A stretch of 64,000 nucleotides of DNA from contig OY970067.1 in NCBI GenBank assembly GCA_963705305.1, positions 2,848,001 through 2,912,000 of the forward strand, written 5' to 3'. A model generated the notes under the pieces. That model had not been told where the DNA came from. It made no database searches and worked only from the letters and a program-made list of their open reading frames with translations. This document shows positions 60,921-64,000 of the stretch, piece by piece. The position numbers and the translations under genes were made by a program. Position 1 is the stretch's first letter; each line of letters begins with the position of its first letter. The stretch is from an uncultured Methylomirabilota bacterium. Its GTDB lineage: Bacteria > Methylomirabilota > Methylomirabilia > Methylomirabilales > 2-02-FULL-66-22.

Positions 60921-62654
60921 ATGAGCTGGCAGTTCAAGGAGAAAGCCCGCCGCCGGCTGGCCGAGGAAACCGGGACCATCGCGAAGGACTGGGGTGGACG
61001 CCTGGCCGTGGCCCTGGTCTTCCCCAACACGTACTACGTGGGGATGTCCAACCTGGGATTCCAGACCATCTACCGGACCCTGAACCAGCGGCCCGACATC
61101 GTCTGCGAGCGGGCCTTTCTTCCGGACCCGGAAGACCTCTCCAGGCACGAGCGGCTGCGCGCGCCGGTCCTCGGTTTGGAGTCGCAGCGGCCCCTGGCCG
61201 AGTTCGACTGCGTGGCCTTCTCCACGACCTACGAGAATGACTATCTCAATCTGCTCCGCATCCTGGAGCTGTCCGGAATTCCGGTCCGCGCCCGCGAGCG
61301 GGGGCCGGGCCACCCGCTGGTCAGCATGGGCGGGGTCTGCGCCTGGGCCAATCCGGAGCCGCTGGCGGACTTCCTGGACTGGTTCTTCCTGGGGGAAGGC
61401 GAGGAGTCCGGCCCGGAGGCCTTCCTGCTGTGGGACGCGGTCCGCCGGGCCGAGCGGGATCCGGCGGCGGCGCGGACGGCCTTCCTCCGGGCGCTCTGCG
61501 GGATCGAGGGCATCTACGTTCCCCGATTCTACGGGGTCGCTTATCGCGAGGACGGCACGCTGGCGGAGGTGGTGCCCCGGGAGGGGGCGCCTCTCCCGAT
61601 CAAGAAGCGGCGCCTGGCGCGCACCGACGATCACGACACCGTCTCCACGGTCCGGACGGCCAACACCGAGTTTGGCGAGATGGCGCTGCTGGAGGTCGGC
61701 AAGGGCTGCGGCCGCGGCTGCCGCTTCTGCATGGAAGGAGAGATCTACCGCCCGGTCCGGCACCGGCACATCGAGGCCATCCTGCGGGCTGCCGAGACGG
61801 CCCTTCCGCGGGGGAGGCGGATCGGCCTGGTAGGGGCCTGCGTCTCGGACTATCCCTGGATCGATGATCTCATCGCCGCTCTGCGGGCCCGCGGGGTGGA
61901 TGTTTCGCTGTCGTCGGTCCGGGCAGACAGCCTGAGCCCCGGCCTGGTCCGCGGACTGGTCGAGAGCGGCACCCGCACGCTGACCATCGCCCCCGAGGCG
62001 GGAACCGATCGGCTGCGCCGGGTGATCCGGAAGAGCCTGAACGAGGAGCGGCTGCTCCAGGCGGTGGATCTGATCGCCGACTCCGGCGTGCCCAGCGTCA
62101 AGCTGTACTTCATGGTCGGCCTTCCCACCGAGACGGAAGAGGACGTCCAGGGCATCCTCCGGCTGGCCAAGGCGGTGCGGCACCGGATCCTCCAGCGCCG
62201 GCGCGATCCCACCCGCGCGAGGGAGCTCACCGTCGGGGTCAGCTCGTTCGTGCCCAAACCCTGGACGGCGTTTCAGTGGTGCGCCATGGCAGGGCGACGG
62301 CGGCTGGAGGAAATCCTCCAGACGCTCGGCCGGGAGCTTCGCCACGCGGGGATCCGCTTCACCCACGATGTTCCCAAATGGGCCTACCTCCAGGGGGTCC
62401 TGGCGCGGGGGGATCGGCGGGTGGGGGGCCTTCTGGAGCTGGCCCTGCATCACCGCGGGGATTGGCGGCGCGCGTTCAGGGAATGGCCGGGCAATCCGGA
62501 TTTCTACGCCTGCCGGGAGCGGCCCCTCGCCGAGCGGTTTCCCTGGGATCATTTCGACGTGGGGACCAGGCGGTCCCGCCTCGAGCTCGAATACCAACGG
62601 GGCATGGGGCTGGCACCCGAGCGGGAGGTTCGATGGAAAGCGTCGCTGGCATGA
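60921..62654 (+). CDS. Radical SAM protein (YgiQ/B12-binding-associated type)
   Basis: FPNTYYVGMSNLG, CGRGCRFC (CxxxCxxC), IAPEAG, KLYFMVGLPTET, FVPKPWT. Confidence 0.9.
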   Translation: MSWQFKEKARRRLAEETGTIAKDWGGRLAVALVFPNTYYVGMSNLGFQTIYRTLNQRPDIVCERAFLPDPEDLSRHERLRAPVLGLESQRPLAEFDCVAFSTTYENDYLNLLRILELSGIPVRARERGPGHPLVSMGGVCAWANPEPLADFLDWFFLGEGEESGPEAFLLWDAVRRAERDPAAARTAFLRALCGIEGIYVPRFYGVAYREDGTLAEVVPREGAPLPIKKRRLARTDDHDTVSTVRTANTEFGEMALLEVGKGCGRGCRFCMEGEIYRPVRHRHIEAILRAAETALPRGRRIGLVGACVSDYPWIDDLIAALRARGVDVSLSSVRADSLSPGLVRGLVESGTRTLTIAPEAGTDRLRRVIRKSLNEERLLQAVDLIADSGVPSVKLYFMVGLPTETEEDVQGILRLAKAVRHRILQRRRDPTRARELTVGVSSFVPKPWTAFQWCAMAGRRRLEEILQTLGRELRHAGIRFTHDVPKWAYLQGVLARGDRRVGGLLELALHHRGDWRRAFREWPGNPDFYACRERPLAERFPWDHFDVGTRRSRLELEYQRGMGLAPEREVRWKASLA

Positions 62655-63481
62655 GGGATGGTCGTCTCCTGCAGCCGGCGTCCGGCTCGCCGGCCGTGGC
62701 GCAGGCGCGGCTCCTCCGGGACTCGGGGACAATCGCGCACGCGTTCAGCACCCGCCTGGGCGGAGTGAGCCGGCCCCCCTTTGCCGCCCTCAATCTGGGA
62801 CTGAGCGTCGGGGACGATCCGGAGGCGGTGCGGGAGAACCGCCGCCGGTTCTTCGGGGCCTTCGAGATTCCGCCCGCCCGGGTCGTCCGGGTCCGGCAGG
62901 TCCACGGCGATCAGGTGCTGGTGGTGGATGCGGCGATCGTGCGGCGGGAGGGCTTCCCGGCCTGTCTGGTGGACGAGGGGGTCGGGTGCGACGCGCTAAT
63001 CACCGATCTGCCGGGCCTGGCCCTGGTCGTCTCGACCGCCGACTGCCTGCCGGTCCTGATCCACGATCCGGGGCACGGGGCGGTCGCCGCGGTCCACGCG
63101 GGCTGGCGGGGCACCGCGGCCCGCATCCCGGCCAAGGCAGTGGAGGCCATGTCCAGGACCTACGGGACCGATCCGGCCGACTGCCGGGCGGCCATCGGAC
63201 CGGGGATCGGGGCCTGCTGCTACGAGGTGGATGCCCGCGTGCGAGAGGCGGCGCTGGCCTCGGGCTTTGCCTGGGAGCGGCACGCCGCGCCTGCGGGTCC
63301 CGACCACTGGCGGCTGGATCTGGCCGGGATGATTCGCACGGGCTTGGAGGAGGCGGGCGTCCGGCCGGATCGGATCGAGGATCTCTCGTTGTGCACCGCC
63401 TGCCGCACGGACCTGTTTTTTTCCCATCGGGCCGAAAAAGGCCGCACCGGGCGGATGATGAACTTCATCTTCATACGATAA
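62651..63481 (+). CDS. pgeF: YfiH/PgeF family protein (peptidoglycan editing factor / purine nucleoside phosphorylase-like)
   Basis: FSTRLGGVS, QVHG, TADCLPV, HAGWRG, IGPGI..CCYEV, FFSHR. Confidence 0.92.
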   Translation: MRDGRLLQPASGSPAVAQARLLRDSGTIAHAFSTRLGGVSRPPFAALNLGLSVGDDPEAVRENRRRFFGAFEIPPARVVRVRQVHGDQVLVVDAAIVRREGFPACLVDEGVGCDALITDLPGLALVVSTADCLPVLIHDPGHGAVAAVHAGWRGTAARIPAKAVEAMSRTYGTDPADCRAAIGPGIGACCYEVDARVREAALASGFAWERHAAPAGPDHWRLDLAGMIRTGLEEAGVRPDRIEDLSLCTACRTDLFFSHRAEKGRTGRMMNFIFIR

Positions 63482-63610
63482 AGGTCGGGGGTCGGCTGCG
63501 CCCGGGACGGGCTCCCGTGCGATCGGGATGGGGCTCCGGGCAAGAATCACGGGGGCACCGCGTCAACTCCGCCGGAGACGGATGAGGCGGGAAATATAGG
63601 GGAGGGTCAG

Positions 63611-64000
63611 ATGCTGATCAGACATGCGCCGAGATTCACGTGGTCCGAGGTCACGGATCGCCGACTCTATCTGAATCGCCGGGAATTCATCGCGGGGGCA
63701 GCCGCCCTGGCCCTCTTTCCGACGGCCGCCGAGGCCGCGGACACGCCCGCGGGGCAGTCCCTGCCGGCTACGCTGAACCCGGCCTACAGCCTGAAAGACA
63801 AGCCCACCAGCTTCCAGAGCGCCACCACCTACAACAACTTTTACGAGTTCGGGGTGGACAAGTCCGATCCCGCCCGGCTGGCGCATACGCTCCGGCCGCG
63901 TCCCTGGGCGGTCCAGGTGGACGGTCACGTGGGCAAGCCCAGGAAATTCGACATCGAGGAGCTGCTCCGGCTGGCCCCGATGGAGGAGCGGATCTACGCC
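63611..64000 (+). CDS. msrP: Periplasmic methionine-sulfoxide reductase catalytic subunit (partial, runs off the window)
   Basis: My translation MLIRHAP...SEVTDRRLYLNRREFI (Tat motif)...TTYNNFYEFG.DK.DP...PW...EERIY; absent from the ORF track because it has no stop. Confidence 0.9.
   Translation, partial: MLIRHAPRFTWSEVTDRRLYLNRREFIAGAAALALFPTAAEAADTPAGQSLPATLNPAYSLKDKPTSFQSATTYNNFYEFGVDKSDPARLAHTLRPRPWAVQVDGHVGKPRKFDIEELLRLAPMEERIYA

Overview
GC-rich (roughly 70%, estimated by eye) bacterial chromosomal segment. Gene style suggests Methylomirabilota/NC10 or a similar diderm lineage (weak inference). (i) 0.3-3.4 kb: secreted and periplasmic genes. (ii) 3.5-7.6 kb: a decayed tRNA-Leu-like 3' half and a tyrosine-recombinase pseudogene, split by a complete IS21-family element (4268-7420, 6-bp target duplication GTCGAG). 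Besides istA/istB, the element carries a small Cys4 ORF and a 4-unit, ~70-bp-period repeat array; this is the most unusual signal in the window. (iii) 8.2-15.0 kb: lysA-dapA-dapB-dapL-folB-folK-dNK-panC. (iv) 15.3-29.6 kb: envelope-stress/efflux block with two look-alike sigma54 promoters sharing an identical 16-bp upstream site. (v) 29.7-38.4 kb: ppc, gene remnants, a SYLF protein, a fluoroacetate-dehalogenase-like hydrolase and PrpF. (vi) 39-59.7 kb: dcw cluster with unusual inserts (STAS protein; hydrolase + membrane-anchored MurF + Ddl cassette; a MITE). (vii) acyltransferase, radical SAM, pgeF and the start of msrP. Single-base frameshifts in dapB, ppc, ftsA and the acyltransferase look like sequencing/assembly indels. 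All product calls come from motif recognition by eye; no database search was run.
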